Assembly (NCBI RefSeq): GCF_036880965.1
Contig: NZ_JBAJMV010000002.1
Coordinates: forward strand, 191,707-223,706
Direction of reading: 5' to 3'
Origin: Roseateles microcysteis
Lineage (GTDB): Bacteria > Pseudomonadota > Gammaproteobacteria > Burkholderiales > Burkholderiaceae_C
Length of the DNA stretch: 32,000 nt
A model generated the notes under the pieces. It worked only from the letters and a program-made list of their open reading frames with translations, was not told the origin of the DNA and searched no databases. Both the position numbers and the translations under genes were made by a program. Within the stretch, counting starts at the first letter, position 1. The number at the start of each line of letters is the position of its first letter. Of the stretch, positions 1-10,363 are shown piece by piece.

Positions 1-196
1 GCATGAAACCGCCAAAGCTCAGCATGTAGGCATTGACCACCCAGACCAGCGAAGTCTCGGTAAAGCCCAGGTCGGCACGGATGGAGGGCAGGGCGACATT
101 CACGATGGTCGTGTCCAGCACGATCATCAGCACGCCCAGGCACAGCACCATCAGGGCCAGCCAGCGGCGGCGGGGATGCAGGTCTTGTTCTGTCAT
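1..196 (-). CDS. MFS transporter, DHA2 (EmrB/QacA-like) family, N-terminal fragment cut by the window edge
   Basis: Minus-strand translation from the ATG at 196 reads MTEQDLHPRRRWLALMVLCLGVLMIVLDTTIVNVALPSIRADLGFTETSLVWVVNAYMLSFGGF. The LDTTIVNVALPSI motif and TM1 are typical of DHA2 MFS exporters. Not in the supplied ORF track because it runs off the window. Confidence 0.75.
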   Translation of the reverse strand, partial: MTEQDLHPRRRWLALMVLCLGVLMIVLDTTIVNVALPSIRADLGFTETSLVWVVNAYMLSFGGFM

Positions 197-321
197 GGAG
201 TTCCTGTTTTCGACGGTCGGCGAGGTTAGCAGGCCGCTTGGCCGGCAGTTGCAGACACGACGATCAGGATGCTTGGACTTCGACAGGCAAAGACAATCTC
301 CAGGAATGGCTTCCGCCAGCC

Positions 322-1710
322 TCAGCACTCGACGATGTTCACCGCCAGCCCGCCGCGGGCCGTTTCCTTGTACTTGGTCATCATGTCGGCGCCGGTGTCG
401 CGCATGGTCTTGATGACCTTGTCCAGGCTGACGAAGTGCGTGCCGTCGCCGCGCAGTGCCATGCGAGCGGCGTTGATGGCCTTGACCGAGGCAATGGCAT
501 TGCGTTCGATGCAGGGTATCTGCACCAGGCCGCCCACCGGGTCGCAGGTCAGGCCCAGGTGGTGTTCCATGCCGATCTCGGCGGCGTTCTCGACCTGCTC
601 GGGTGTGCCGCCCATGACCTGGCAGAGTGCCGCGGCAGCCATCGAGCAGGCCACGCCGACTTCGCCCTGGCAGCCCACTTCGGCGCCAGAGATGGATGCG
701 TTTTCCTTGTAGAGGATGCCGATGGCGGCGGCGGTCAACAGGAAGTCGATCACGCCGTCGTCATTGGCATGGTGGACGAAGCGCGAGTAGTAGTGCAAGA
801 CGGCGGGCACGATGCCGGCCGCGCCGTTGGTCGGCGCCGTGACGACACGACCGCCTGCCGCGTTCTCTTCGTTCACGGCCAGCGCGTACAGGTTGACCCA
901 GTCCATGACCTGCAGCGGATCTCGCAATGCGGCTTCGGGGTTGGCAGTGAGATCGCGGTGCAGCTGCGCGGCTCGGCGCTTGACCTTGAAGCCGCCCGGC
1001 AGGATGCCTTCGGTCTTGCAGCCGCGCGTCACGCAGTCCTGCATCACCTGCCAGATTTTCAAGAGGCCGGTTCGGGTCTCTTCATCGCTGCGCCAGTGAC
1101 GCTCGTTGCGGCGCATCACCTCGGCAATCGTGATGCCGTGCTCCTTGGTCAGGGCCAGCAGCTCGTCGCCGGTCTTGAAGGGGTAGGGCAGTACCGTGGC
1201 ATCGGGCGCGATGACCTTCTGCTTCGAGCCGTCCGCCGCGACCTCGTCGCTGACGATGAAACCCCCACCGACCGAGTAGTAGATGCGGTTGGCGACTTCG
1301 TTGCCCTCGGCATCGAAAGCCAGGCAGCGCATGCCGTTGGCATGGAACGGCAGGGATTCGCGGCGCTTGAAGACCAGGTCCTTGGCCTCGTCGAACCTGA
1401 CCACCTGCTTGCCAAGCAAATTCAGGTCGCCAGCGCGGATCGCTGCGAGCAGCGAAGGGATGGCCTCGATGTCCACCGTGTCCGGCTCATGGCCGGCCAG
1501 GCCCAGCAGCACGGCCGTGTCGCTGCCATGGCCCTTGCCGGTGGCGCCGAGGCTGCCGTACAGGATCACCTGCACGCGGGCCACGCGGGCCAAGAGGCCT
1601 TCGTGGTCCAGGCGCAGGCCGAACAGGCGCGCGGCGCGCATCGGGCCCACGGTATGCGAGCTCGATGGCCCGATGCCGATCTTGAAAAGGTCGAAGACCG
1701 AGACTGCCAT
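322..1710 (-). CDS. sdaA: L-serine ammonia-lyase (L-serine dehydratase, single-chain 4Fe-4S type)
   Basis: 462-aa ORF. N-terminus [24 protein letters not shown] is the signature SdaA start. Full-length alpha+beta domain architecture. Sits directly downstream of gcvP. Confidence 0.93.
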   Translation of the reverse strand: MAVSVFDLFKIGIGPSSSHTVGPMRAARLFGLRLDHEGLLARVARVQVILYGSLGATGKGHGSDTAVLLGLAGHEPDTVDIEAIPSLLAAIRAGDLNLLGKQVVRFDEAKDLVFKRRESLPFHANGMRCLAFDAEGNEVANRIYYSVGGGFIVSDEVAADGSKQKVIAPDATVLPYPFKTGDELLALTKEHGITIAEVMRRNERHWRSDEETRTGLLKIWQVMQDCVTRGCKTEGILPGGFKVKRRAAQLHRDLTANPEAALRDPLQVMDWVNLYALAVNEENAAGGRVVTAPTNGAAGIVPAVLHYYSRFVHHANDDGVIDFLLTAAAIGILYKENASISGAEVGCQGEVGVACSMAAAALCQVMGGTPEQVENAAEIGMEHHLGLTCDPVGGLVQIPCIERNAIASVKAINAARMALRGDGTHFVSLDKVIKTMRDTGADMMTKYKETARGGLAVNIVEC

Positions 1711-1784
1711 GCTGGCTCCTCCATGGAGCCTCTGGTGGAGGCTCTTCTAGGTTCTAGGCGATTGATCCGGTCTGATCGACCAAC

Positions 1785-4661
1785 TTACTCGTACGAGGAG
1801 ATCGGCGGGCAGGAGCAGACCAGGTTGCGGTCGCCGTAGACGTTGTCCACGCGGCCGACCGGCACCCAGTACTTCTGGCGGCGCAGTGTGGCCACCGGAT
1901 AGGCTGCGACTTCGCGGCTGTAGCCATGGGCCCATTCGGCCTTCATCAGGCTTTCGGCCGTGTGCGGCGCATTGACCAGCGGGTTGTCCGTGGCCGTCCA
2001 GGTGCCGGCTTCAACTTGTGCGATCTCGGCGCGGATGGCCAGCATCGCGTCGCAGAAACGGTCCAGCTCGTACTTGGATTCGCTCTCGGTCGGCTCGACC
2101 ATCAGCGTGCCGGCCACCGGGAAGGACAGGGTCGGTGCATGGAAGCCATAGTCGATCAGGCGCTTGGCCACGTCTTCGGCGCCCACACCGGTCGCGTCTT
2201 TCAGCGGGCGGATGTCCAGGATGCACTCGTGCGCCACGCCACCGCCCTTCACGCCGGCGATATTGCCGCTGAAGTGGATGTCGTAGGCATCAGCCAGGCG
2301 GGCGGCCACATAGTTGGCGGCCAGGATGGCCACTTCGGTCGCGGCGGTCAGGCCTTCCGCGCCCATCATGCGGACATACATCCACGAGATCGGCAGCACG
2401 GCGGCATTGCCCAGCGGCGCGGCAGACACAGCGCCGATGGCGGTATCGCTCACGTAGCCAGCCGAGCGGTGCGTGGGCAAGTAGGGCACGAGGTCGGCGA
2501 CCACGCAGACCGGGCCGACACCGGGGCCGCCACCGCCGTGGGGGATGCAGAAAGTCTTGTGCAGGTTCAGGTGGCTCACATCGCCGCCGAACTCACCCGG
2601 TGCCGCCACGCCCACCAGGGCGTTCATGTTGGCGCCGTCCACGTACACACGGCCGCCATGCGAGCGCACCAGGGCGCAGATTTCCTTCACATGCGTGTCG
2701 AACACACCGTAGGTGGAGGGGTAGGTGATCATGATCGCGGCCAGATTGGCGCTGTGCTGCTCGCACTTGGCCTTCAGGTCCACGAGGTCGATGTTGCCTT
2801 CCTTGTCGCACTTGGTGACCACGACCTGCATGCCCACCATCTGGGCCGATGCGGGGTTGGTGCCGTGAGCCGACTCGGGGATCAGGCAGATCTTGCGATG
2901 GCCTTCGTTGCGCGCCTCATGGAAGGCCTTGATCGCCAGCAGGCCGGCGTACTCGCCCTGCGAGCCAGCGTTCGGCTGCAGCGAGATGCCGGCATAGCCG
3001 GTGGCCTGGCACAGCCAGGCCGTCAGCTGCTCGTTCAGGAGCGCATAACCCTTCAGTTGGTCGTGCGGTGCGAAGGGGTGGATGTTCGCGAACTCGGGCC
3101 AGGTGATGGGGATCATCTCGCTGGTGGCGTTCAACTTCATGGTGCACGAACCCAGCGGGATCATCGTGCGGTCCAGCGCCAGGTCCTTGTCGGACAGCGC
3201 GCGGATGTAGCGCAGCATCTCGGTTTCCGAGTGGTGCGTGTTGAAGACCGGATGCGTCAGGTACTCGCTCGTGCGGACCAGCTCGGCCGGGACCAGGGAA
3301 GCGACGCCCTTCTCGAACTTGGACAGGTCCAGCGACTTGCCGAAGGCAGTCAGGATGGCTGCCAGGTCAGCGCGCGTCGTGGTCTCGTCCAGCGAGATCG
3401 AGACGCTGGTGCCGGAGGCGCGGCGGAAGTTCATGCCGGCCTTCAAAGCGGCGGCCAGGATGCTGTCAGTCTTGTCGCCGGTGTTGATGGTCAGCGTGTC
3501 GAAGGCAAAGCCATTGCCCTTGCGGTCGCCCAGGGCCTCAGCCAGCACAGCCGTGTAGCTGGCCACGCGCTGGGCGATGCGCTTGAGGCCTTGCGGGCCG
3601 TGATAGACCGCGTACATGCTGGCGACAACGGCCGGCAGCACCTGGGCGGTACAGATGTTCGAGGTGGCCTTTTCGCGGCGGATGTGCTGCTCGCGCGTCT
3701 GGAGCGCCAGGCGGTAGGCCGGGTGGCCGTGTACGTCCACCGAGACGCCGACCAGGCGGCCGGGCAGGTTGCGCTTGTACTCGTCCTTGCAGGCCATGAA
3801 GGCGGCGTGCGGGCCGCCATTGCACATAGGCATGCCGAAACGCTGGGTCGTGCCCACGGCGATGTCGGCGCCTTGCTCGGCGGGCGACTTAAGCAGTGTC
3901 AGGGCCAGCAGGTCGCAGGCGGCGATCAGGAGGCCGCCTTGGGCGTGCACTGCATCGGCAATGGGCTGCAGCGAGCGGATCTCGCCGCTCACGGCCGGGT
4001 ACTGCACCAGCGCCGCGAAGCACTCGGTCTTGCCAGCGTCAGCAGCCGGGCCGACCTGCACCGTGATGCCCAGCGGCTTGGCGCGGGTGTTCACCACTTC
4101 CAGCGTCTGCGGCAGCACGTCGTCGGCCACGAAGAAGACCTGGCTCTTGCTCTTGCCCACGCGGGCCGCCAGCGTCATGGCCTCGGCGGCGGACGTCGCC
4201 TCGTCCAGCATCGAGGAGTTGGCGATGGCCATGCCGGTCAGGTCGCAGACCATGGTCTGGAAGTTGACCAGTGCCTCCATGCGGCCTTGCGAGATTTCGG
4301 CCTGGTAGGGCGTGTAGGCGGTGTACCAGGCGGGGTTCTCGAGGATGTTGCGCAGGATGACGCCAGGCGTCAGCGTGTCGTAGTAGCCCTGGCCGATGTA
4401 GCTCTTGAGCACCTTGTTCTGCGCAGCCACGGCCTTCATTTCGGCCAGCGCCTGGGCTTCCGAAGCCACGGGCAGCAGGTCCATGCCGCGCGAGCGCTTG
4501 ATGCTGGCGGGCACGATGGATTCGATCAACGCGCGACGCGAAGCAGCGCCGATGACGGACAGCATCGCGGCTTCATCAGCGGCATCGGGGCCGATGTGGC
4601 GGGCTTGGAATTCGGCGGCGTTCTCGAGCTCGGCGAGCGGCTTCAGGGCGGACATCAGCAT
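1785..4661 (-). CDS. gcvP: Glycine dehydrogenase (decarboxylating), glycine cleavage system P protein
   Basis: The ORF track gives 1785..4751. The conserved protein begins at [14 protein letters not shown] (in-frame ATG at 4661), and the 30 upstream codons are Arg/Pro-rich and look non-native. About 958 aa, the typical GcvP length, with gcvT-gcvH-gcvP synteny. Confidence 0.93.
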   Translation of the reverse strand: MLMSALKPLAELENAAEFQARHIGPDAADEAAMLSVIGAASRRALIESIVPASIKRSRGMDLLPVASEAQALAEMKAVAAQNKVLKSYIGQGYYDTLTPGVILRNILENPAWYTAYTPYQAEISQGRMEALVNFQTMVCDLTGMAIANSSMLDEATSAAEAMTLAARVGKSKSQVFFVADDVLPQTLEVVNTRAKPLGITVQVGPAADAGKTECFAALVQYPAVSGEIRSLQPIADAVHAQGGLLIAACDLLALTLLKSPAEQGADIAVGTTQRFGMPMCNGGPHAAFMACKDEYKRNLPGRLVGVSVDVHGHPAYRLALQTREQHIRREKATSNICTAQVLPAVVASMYAVYHGPQGLKRIAQRVASYTAVLAEALGDRKGNGFAFDTLTINTGDKTDSILAAALKAGMNFRRASGTSVSISLDETTTRADLAAILTAFGKSLDLSKFEKGVASLVPAELVRTSEYLTHPVFNTHHSETEMLRYIRALSDKDLALDRTMIPLGSCTMKLNATSEMIPITWPEFANIHPFAPHDQLKGYALLNEQLTAWLCQATGYAGISLQPNAGSQGEYAGLLAIKAFHEARNEGHRKICLIPESAHGTNPASAQMVGMQVVVTKCDKEGNIDLVDLKAKCEQHSANLAAIMITYPSTYGVFDTHVKEICALVRSHGGRVYVDGANMNALVGVAAPGEFGGDVSHLNLHKTFCIPHGGGGPGVGPVCVVADLVPYLPTHRSAGYVSDTAIGAVSAAPLGNAAVLPISWMYVRMMGAEGLTAATEVAILAANYVAARLADAYDIHFSGNIAGVKGGGVAHECILDIRPLKDATGVGAEDVAKRLIDYGFHAPTLSFPVAGTLMVEPTESESKYELDRFCDAMLAIRAEIAQVEAGTWTATDNPLVNAPHTAESLMKAEWAHGYSREVAAYPVATLRRQKYWVPVGRVDNVYGDRNLVCSCPPISSYE

Positions 4662-4780
4662 GGCAACAATCCTTGTGCGTCGACCGGCTCGTGGCCGGCG
4701 GACGCGAAATCTGGGGTGGCCCGGATGCCCGGGCGATAAAACAGCGGGCACCCAGTGCCCGCTTCAAAACAATCAGCCGA

Positions 4781-5155
4781 TCAGCTGTTCTTGACCAGCT
4801 CGTCGTAGGCGGTCCCGTCCATCAGGCCGTCCAGCTGGGCCGGATTGCTGAGCTTGACCTTGAAGAACCAGCCGGCGTTCAGCGGGTCGCTGTTGGCCAG
4901 CGAAGGGTCGTCGCGCAGGCCTTCGTTCACTTCGGTGATCTCGCCGTCGACCGGCATGTAGACGTCGGCGGCGGCCTTCACGGACTCGACCACGCCGGCC
5001 ACTTCCTTCTCGGCAAAGGCCTTGCCGACTTCGGGCAGGTCGACGAAGACCACGTCGCCCAGCGCATCCTGCGCGTGGACCGTGATGCCCACGGTGACGA
5101 TGCCGTCGGCTTCGATCTTGACCCACTCGTGGTCGGGCGTGTACTTGATGCTCAT
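4781..5155 (-). CDS. gcvH: Glycine cleavage system H protein (lipoyl carrier)
   Basis: MSIKYTPDHEWVKIE... with the lipoyl-lysine context VESVKAAADVY. 124 aa from the ATG at 5155, preceded by GGAG. The track ORF start at 5206 adds 17 unlikely residues. Confidence 0.93.
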   Translation of the reverse strand: MSIKYTPDHEWVKIEADGIVTVGITVHAQDALGDVVFVDLPEVGKAFAEKEVAGVVESVKAAADVYMPVDGEITEVNEGLRDDPSLANSDPLNAGWFFKVKLSNPAQLDGLMDGTAYDELVKNS

Positions 5156-5213
5156 GGAGTGCTCCGTGTTGGTCGGATGAGGAAAAGGGAAAGAGTTCTG
5201 AATCAACCGCGAA

Positions 5214-6329
5214 TCAACCGCGGTAATAACCGTTGGGCGTGAAAGGCGTGCTGGAAACCGTCATCGGCGTGCGCTTGTCGCGGACCACGGCAAAGACTTG
5301 CGTGCCCAGTGCAGCGTGAGCAATGTTCAGATAGGCCAGCGCCACCGGCTTGTTGACCGTAGGGCCCAGGGTGCCGCTGGTGACGACGCCGATCTCGATG
5401 CCGGCTTCGTCAACAATTCTGGCGCCTTCGCGCACCGGCATGCGCTCACTGCCGACCAGGCCTACGCGCTTGCGCGAAGCGCCGCTGGCCAACTGCTGGT
5501 CGATGACGGCAGCGCCGGGGTAGCCGCCGGCACGGGCGCTGCCGGCGCGGCGCACTTTCTGGATCGCCCAGGTCAGCGAGGCTTCGACCGGTGTGGTCGT
5601 GGTGTCGATGTCATGGCCGTAGAGGCACAGACCCGCTTCCAGGCGCAGCGAATCGCGGGCGCCGAGGCCGATGGGGGCGACTTCCGGCTGGGCCAGCAGC
5701 TTGCGGGCCAGGGCCACGGCCTGGTCTTGATGGACCGAGATCTCGAAGCCGTCTTCGCCGGTGTAGCCGGAGCGGGTCAGGAAGGTGGGGATGCCGTCGA
5801 GCTCGAAAAAGCCGCCGGTCATGAAGGTCAGCTTGGCCACATCCGCGTTCAGGCGGGAGAGGGCGGTCACAGCCTGCGGGCCTTGCAGCGCCAGCAGTGC
5901 CTGTTCGGGCATGGGAATGACTTCGCACTTGCTGCCAATCGTGGCTTGCATGTGGGCGATGTCCTGCACTTTGCAGCCGGCGTTGACGACCACGAACAGG
6001 TCGTCCGGGCGGCGGCAGATCATCAGGTCGTCCAGGATGGCGCCTTGCTCATTCGTGAACAGGGCGTAGCGCTGCTTGAACACGCCCAGATCGATCACGT
6101 CCACCGGCACGATGGTCTCCATCGCGGCGGCGGCGCCAGCGCCCACGAGGCGCAGTTGGCCCATGTGGGAGACATCGAACAGTCCGGCCGAGGCGCGCGT
6201 GTGCTTGTGCTCGCCCATCACACCCATCGGGTATTGCACGGGCATGTCGTAGCCGCCGAAGGGCACCATCTTGGCGCCAAGTTCGATGTGGAGGGCGTGC
6301 AGGGGGGTCTTGAGCAGTTCGGCGGACAT
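5214..6329 (-). CDS. gcvT: Glycine cleavage system T protein (aminomethyltransferase)
   Basis: MSAELLKTPLHALHIELGAKMVPFGGYDMPVQY is a typical GcvT N-terminus. The ATG at 6329 is preferred over the upstream in-frame GTG at 6365. Confidence 0.9.
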   Translation of the reverse strand: MSAELLKTPLHALHIELGAKMVPFGGYDMPVQYPMGVMGEHKHTRASAGLFDVSHMGQLRLVGAGAAAAMETIVPVDVIDLGVFKQRYALFTNEQGAILDDLMICRRPDDLFVVVNAGCKVQDIAHMQATIGSKCEVIPMPEQALLALQGPQAVTALSRLNADVAKLTFMTGGFFELDGIPTFLTRSGYTGEDGFEISVHQDQAVALARKLLAQPEVAPIGLGARDSLRLEAGLCLYGHDIDTTTTPVEASLTWAIQKVRRAGSARAGGYPGAAVIDQQLASGASRKRVGLVGSERMPVREGARIVDEAGIEIGVVTSGTLGPTVNKPVALAYLNIAHAALGTQVFAVVRDKRTPMTVSSTPFTPNGYYRG

Positions 6330-6399
6330 GGCGGAGAGGCTTTCGAGGGCAGTCGTCTGGCCCACCCCATCAGATGACGGAAGGTGGGTGTTGATGCCC

Positions 6400-6612
6400 T
6401 CGCTGTCCTTGGTACTTGAGAGATTCGCCGCCAGCGTCTCGCCGGCAACTTGCCCCTTCAGTGGACGGATTCGATGACCCGCCTCTCTCCAGTGAGGAAC
6501 GCCCCGGTCGGAGCGTCTTGTCAGTCCTTTTGCCTGAGCGTTTGAAGCGTGGGATCAACCAGTGCTTCTGCGCCTTCGGCGGTTCTCGCTAGAAAACTCT
6601 CTCCTGACGGGC
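6400..6612 (-). promoter_or_regulatory. Tandem glycine riboswitch (two aptamers) in the gcvT leader
   Basis: The minus-strand RNA contains aptamer 1 (CAGGAGAGAG...ACCGCCGAAGGCGCAG...CUCAGGCAAAAGGACUG). It also contains aptamer 2 (CUGGAGAGAGG...CCACUGAAGGGGCAAG...CUCUCAAGUACCAAGGACAG). Both match the conserved GGAGAG / GAAGGGGCA / AAGGAC cores of the glycine riboswitch, and the position upstream of gcvTHP is canonical. Confidence 0.85.
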
Positions 6613-6673
6613 GGGATTGTAGCCACGGTTTTAAGCCTCACCTAAGGCGGCCATGCAGAATTGCCTCCCAAAC

Positions 6674-7333
6674 ATGCGCATTCTTCTGGTCGAGGACGAT
6701 TCAATGATCGGCGAGCAGCTGCTGGACCTGCTGCGCGCCGAAGACTATGCGGTCGACTGGGTTCGCGACGGCGAGCTGGCCGATGCCGCCCTGCAGGCGC
6801 AGGCCTACGACCTGGTGCTGCTCGACCTGGGCCTGCCGCGCAAGGACGGCATGAGCGTGCTGCGCTCGCTGCGGGCCCGCAAGCAGGCGATGCCGGTGCT
6901 GATCATGACGGCCCGCGATGCGGTGGAACAGCGCATCGCCGGCCTTGACGCGGGCGCCGACGACTACGTGCTCAAGCCTTTTGACCTGGACGAGCTGCTT
7001 GCGCGCATCCGCGCCTTGCTGCGCCGTGCAAGTGGTCGGGCCGAGCCGGTCTACAGCCACAAGGGCGTCAGCATCAACCCGGTCAGCCGCGAAGTGCTGG
7101 CTGAGGGCAGGCCAGTGACGCTGTCGGCTCGCGAATGGGCGGTGCTGGAGCCGCTGCTGGCACGGCCGGGCCTCGTGCTCTCGCGCCAGCAGCTTGAAGA
7201 AAAGCTCTACAGCTGGAAGGACGAGATCTCCAGCAACGCGGTCGAGGTCTACATCCATGGCATCCGCAAGAAGCTGGGCGCCGGCCTGATCGAAAACGTG
7301 CGTGGCGTGGGCTACCGGGTGCCGCGCGAATGA
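6674..7333 (+). CDS. OmpR/PhoB-family response regulator (QseB/BasR-like)
   Basis: MRILLVEDD start, receiver motifs (DLVLLDLGLP, KPF) and a C-terminal winged-helix (VEVYIHGIRKKL...RGVGYRV). The ATG at 6674 is preferred to 6653. The stop overlaps the kinase start (ATGA). Confidence 0.9.
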   Translation: MRILLVEDDSMIGEQLLDLLRAEDYAVDWVRDGELADAALQAQAYDLVLLDLGLPRKDGMSVLRSLRARKQAMPVLIMTARDAVEQRIAGLDAGADDYVLKPFDLDELLARIRALLRRASGRAEPVYSHKGVSINPVSREVLAEGRPVTLSAREWAVLEPLLARPGLVLSRQQLEEKLYSWKDEISSNAVEVYIHGIRKKLGAGLIENVRGVGYRVPRE

Positions 7334-8691
7334 ACAAACTGCTCGACTGGGGCCTGATGCCGCGCTCCTTGCGCTACCGACTGATCGTGTCGCTGATCGT
7401 CCTGCTGTCGGTGGCCGCCTTGCTGCAAGGCCTGAGCGCCTACCGCAATGCCCTGGCCGAGACCGATGAAATCTTCGACTACCAGATGCAGCAGATGGCC
7501 TTCTCGCTGCGCGGCAACCTTGGCGGTGCGTCAGCCAGCGGCACCTTGAGCGTGCCGGTGGGCGAAGACCGCAGCTTCGACTTCCTGGTCCAGGTCTGGG
7601 GTTTGGACGGCGCACCGCTGTTCCGCTCGCCAGGTGAAGACGGGCTGCCGGCGCGCGCGGTGCTGGGCTTCTCCGAGGTCGAGTCGCGCGGCAAGCGCTA
7701 CCGCGTGTTCTCGATGCAGACGCGCTACCAGGTCGTGCAAGTCGCGCAAGACCTTTCGGTGCGTCGACGCATGGCCAGCCAGCTGGCACTGCGCACCGTG
7801 GCGCCGATTGCGATGATGCTGCCCATCCTCGCGCTCGTGGTCTGGTGGGTGGTCAGCAGCTCCCTGGTGCCGGTGGCGCGGGTGCGCTCGCAGTTGGCTG
7901 CGCGCAAGGTGGAGGAGCTATCGCCATTGCCTGAACAAGAGCTGCCGGCCGAGGTGCAGCCGCTGGTGCGCGAGATGAATTCGCTCCTTGAGCGGGTGCG
8001 CGGCGCCTTCGAGGCGCAAGAGCATTTCGTGGCCGATGCTGCGCACGAGTTGCGCTCGCCCCTGGCCGCCTTGAAGCTGCAACTTCAGGGCTTGCAACGG
8101 GCCGAGTCAGTCGCGGATCGTGAACTTGCCACGCAACGCTTGTCGGCCGGCATCGAGCGTGCCAGTCACTTGATCGAACAACTGATGCTGCTGGCGCGCG
8201 CCGAGGGGCGCGAGCCGCAGCTCATGAAGGCTGTTGACCTGGAAGCCCTGTGTCGCGATGCCGTGGTCGAAGCCAGCCAGGCCGCGCAATTGCGCAGCAT
8301 CGACATCGGATTGGCCGCCAGCGAGCTTGCAACAGTGCAAGGCCAGCCCGAAGCATTGCGCATCCTGGTGCGCAACCTGTTGGACAACGCAATCAAGTAC
8401 AGCCCGCCTGGCTCCAGGGTCGACCTGAGCTTGCGGCTCGAAGGCCGGCAAGCCGTGCTTTGCGTGGAGGACAGCGGCCCTGGAATATCGCCCGGGGAGC
8501 GTGAGCGCGTGTTCGACCGCTTTTATCGCGGCCAGGGTCAGGCGCAGGCCGGCGGCGCAGGCCTCGGGCTGGCCATTGTTCGTGCCATTGCCGAGCGGCA
8601 CGGCGCCCGGCTCTCGCTGTCGTCGTCGCCGCGGCTCGGTGGCCTGGACGTTTGCTTGCGCATGCCACTGGCCGATTTAAGACACGCCTAA
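7330..8691 (+). CDS. Sensor histidine kinase (QseC/BasS-like), two TM segments
   Basis: H-box FVADAAHELRSPLAAL, N-box LLDNAIKYSP and G-box GGAGLGLAIV. Translationally coupled to the upstream regulator. Confidence 0.9.
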   Translation: MNKLLDWGLMPRSLRYRLIVSLIVLLSVAALLQGLSAYRNALAETDEIFDYQMQQMAFSLRGNLGGASASGTLSVPVGEDRSFDFLVQVWGLDGAPLFRSPGEDGLPARAVLGFSEVESRGKRYRVFSMQTRYQVVQVAQDLSVRRRMASQLALRTVAPIAMMLPILALVVWWVVSSSLVPVARVRSQLAARKVEELSPLPEQELPAEVQPLVREMNSLLERVRGAFEAQEHFVADAAHELRSPLAALKLQLQGLQRAESVADRELATQRLSAGIERASHLIEQLMLLARAEGREPQLMKAVDLEALCRDAVVEASQAAQLRSIDIGLAASELATVQGQPEALRILVRNLLDNAIKYSPPGSRVDLSLRLEGRQAVLCVEDSGPGISPGERERVFDRFYRGQGQAQAGGAGLGLAIVRAIAERHGARLSLSSSPRLGGLDVCLRMPLADLRHA

Positions 8692-8746
8692 GTCTTGAGC
8701 TTCAAAGTTCACGGCATCCCTTCACTTTCTTCCAGAGAGGATTGCC

Positions 8747-10285
8747 ATGAACAAGAGTCAACGACTGATTCCGGCCAAGCGCCTGGTCTGGGCCCTGGCC
8801 GCCGGTGGTGTGCTGGGCCTGGGTTCGGGAGCGCTGGTCATGCAAAGCGCTGCAGCCGGCTTGAAGACAAGCGCTGCGGCCGCACCCGCGGTGGTCGCAG
8901 CGGCCGTGGCAACGCCTGTTGCAGCAGCTGCGCCAGCAACGGCGGTGCAGGGCAATCTCGTGACCCTGCCCGACTTTGCAGCCATCGCGGCCAAGCAGGG
9001 CGCTGCCGTCGTCAACATCAGTGTGACCGGCGCGGTCAAGGCGACAGCAAACCGCCGTCAACAGCAACCGCAGTTCGACGAGGACGATCCGTTCAGCGAG
9101 TTCTTCCGCCGCTTCCAGATCCCGAACCAGCCAGGCCAGCGCCAGATGCCGATGCGCGGCCAGGGCTCAGGCTTCATCATCAGCGACGACGGCGTGATCC
9201 TGACCAATGCGCACGTGGTGCGCGACGCGCAGGAGGTGAGCGTCAAGCTGACCGACCGCCGCGAGTTCCGCGCCAAGGTGTTGGGCACCGACCCCAAGAC
9301 CGACGTGGCCGTGTTGAAGATCGAGGCCAAGAACCTGCCCGTGGTCCAGCTAGGCGCCACCAAGGACCTGCGCGTGGGCGAATGGGTGCTGGCCATCGGC
9401 TCGCCCTTCGGCTTCGAGAACAGCGTCAGCGCTGGCGTGGTGAGCGCCAAGGGCCGTGCCCTGCCGCAGGAAAGCTTTGTGCCCTTCATCCAGACCGATG
9501 TGGCGATCAACCCCGGAAATTCCGGTGGCCCACTGTTCAACACGCGCGGCGAGGTCGTGGGCATCAACTCGCAGATCTACAGCCAGAATGGTGGCTACCA
9601 GGGCCTGTCCTTCGCCATTCCGATCGAAGTGGCCAAGCGCGTTCAGCAGCAGATCGAGAAGGGCGGCAAGCCGCAGCATGCGCGGCTGGGCGTGGTGATC
9701 CAGGACGTGAACCAGGGCTTTGCTGATTCCTTCAAGCTCGACAAGCCCGAGGGCGCGCTGGTCGCCTCGGTGGAGGAGGGCGGTCCGGCCTCGAAGGCCG
9801 GCCTGCGCTCGGGTGATGTGATCCTGAAGCTCGACGAGCAGCCCATCGTTGCGAGCAGCGATCTGCCGGCCATGCTTGGCCAAAGGGTGCCGGGCGAGCA
9901 GGTGAAGCTGGAAGTCTGGCGCAAGGGCAAGCGCGAGAGCATCTCGGCCAAGCTGGGTGATGCCAACGCCAAGGGTGAGCAGCTTGCCGAGGGTGAGGAC
10001 GACGAGGCCGGCGCGCCGCAAGGCAAGCTGGGCCTGGCCCTGCGGCCCTTGCAGCCGGCTGAGCGCCGCCAGAGCGGTGCCCGCGATGGCCTGCTGGTGC
10101 AGGATGCTGCGGGCCCGGCCGCCATGGCCGGCGTTCGGGCCGGCGACGTGCTGCTGGCCGTGAATGGCAGCCCGGTCACCAGCGTGGAGCAGGTGAGGGC
10201 GGCCGTGGCCGATTCAGGCAAGTCCGTCGCGCTACTGGTTCAGCGGGGCCGCGAGAAGATCTTCTTGCCGGTGCGCATCGGCTGA
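8747..10285 (+). CDS. Periplasmic serine endoprotease, Do/DegP/MucD family with two PDZ domains
   Basis: Signal peptide, catalytic motifs TNAHVV and GNSGGPL, and two PDZ-like segments. RBS AGAGAGG lies upstream of the ATG at 8747. Confidence 0.9.
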   Translation: MNKSQRLIPAKRLVWALAAGGVLGLGSGALVMQSAAAGLKTSAAAAPAVVAAAVATPVAAAAPATAVQGNLVTLPDFAAIAAKQGAAVVNISVTGAVKATANRRQQQPQFDEDDPFSEFFRRFQIPNQPGQRQMPMRGQGSGFIISDDGVILTNAHVVRDAQEVSVKLTDRREFRAKVLGTDPKTDVAVLKIEAKNLPVVQLGATKDLRVGEWVLAIGSPFGFENSVSAGVVSAKGRALPQESFVPFIQTDVAINPGNSGGPLFNTRGEVVGINSQIYSQNGGYQGLSFAIPIEVAKRVQQQIEKGGKPQHARLGVVIQDVNQGFADSFKLDKPEGALVASVEEGGPASKAGLRSGDVILKLDEQPIVASSDLPAMLGQRVPGEQVKLEVWRKGKRESISAKLGDANAKGEQLAEGEDDEAGAPQGKLGLALRPLQPAERRQSGARDGLLVQDAAGPAAMAGVRAGDVLLAVNGSPVTSVEQVRAAVADSGKSVALLVQRGREKIFLPVRIG

Positions 10286-10314
10286 TCTTGATGAATTGAC
10301 GACGAAGAAGTTGA

Positions 10315-10349
10315 CAGGGCGGGCGCCGCAAGGCCCCGCCCTGTTTTTT
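10315..10349 (+). terminator. Rho-independent terminator downstream of the DegP-like gene
   Basis: Perfect 9-bp GC-rich stem CAGGGCGGG / CCCGCCCTG (10315-10323 and 10335-10343) followed by TTTTTT (10344-10349). Confidence 0.8.
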
Positions 10350-10363
10350 CTCTCGCGCCGAAC

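Noticed and set aside
4662-4751. Upstream extensions of gcvP (to 4751), gcvH (to 5206), gcvT (to 6365), zot (to 21656), parB-like (to 22515) and the ATPase (to 30220) as given in the ORF track
   Set aside because: In each case the conserved N-terminus, RBS or coupling junction identifies a downstream start. The extensions overlap neighbouring genes or have aberrant composition.
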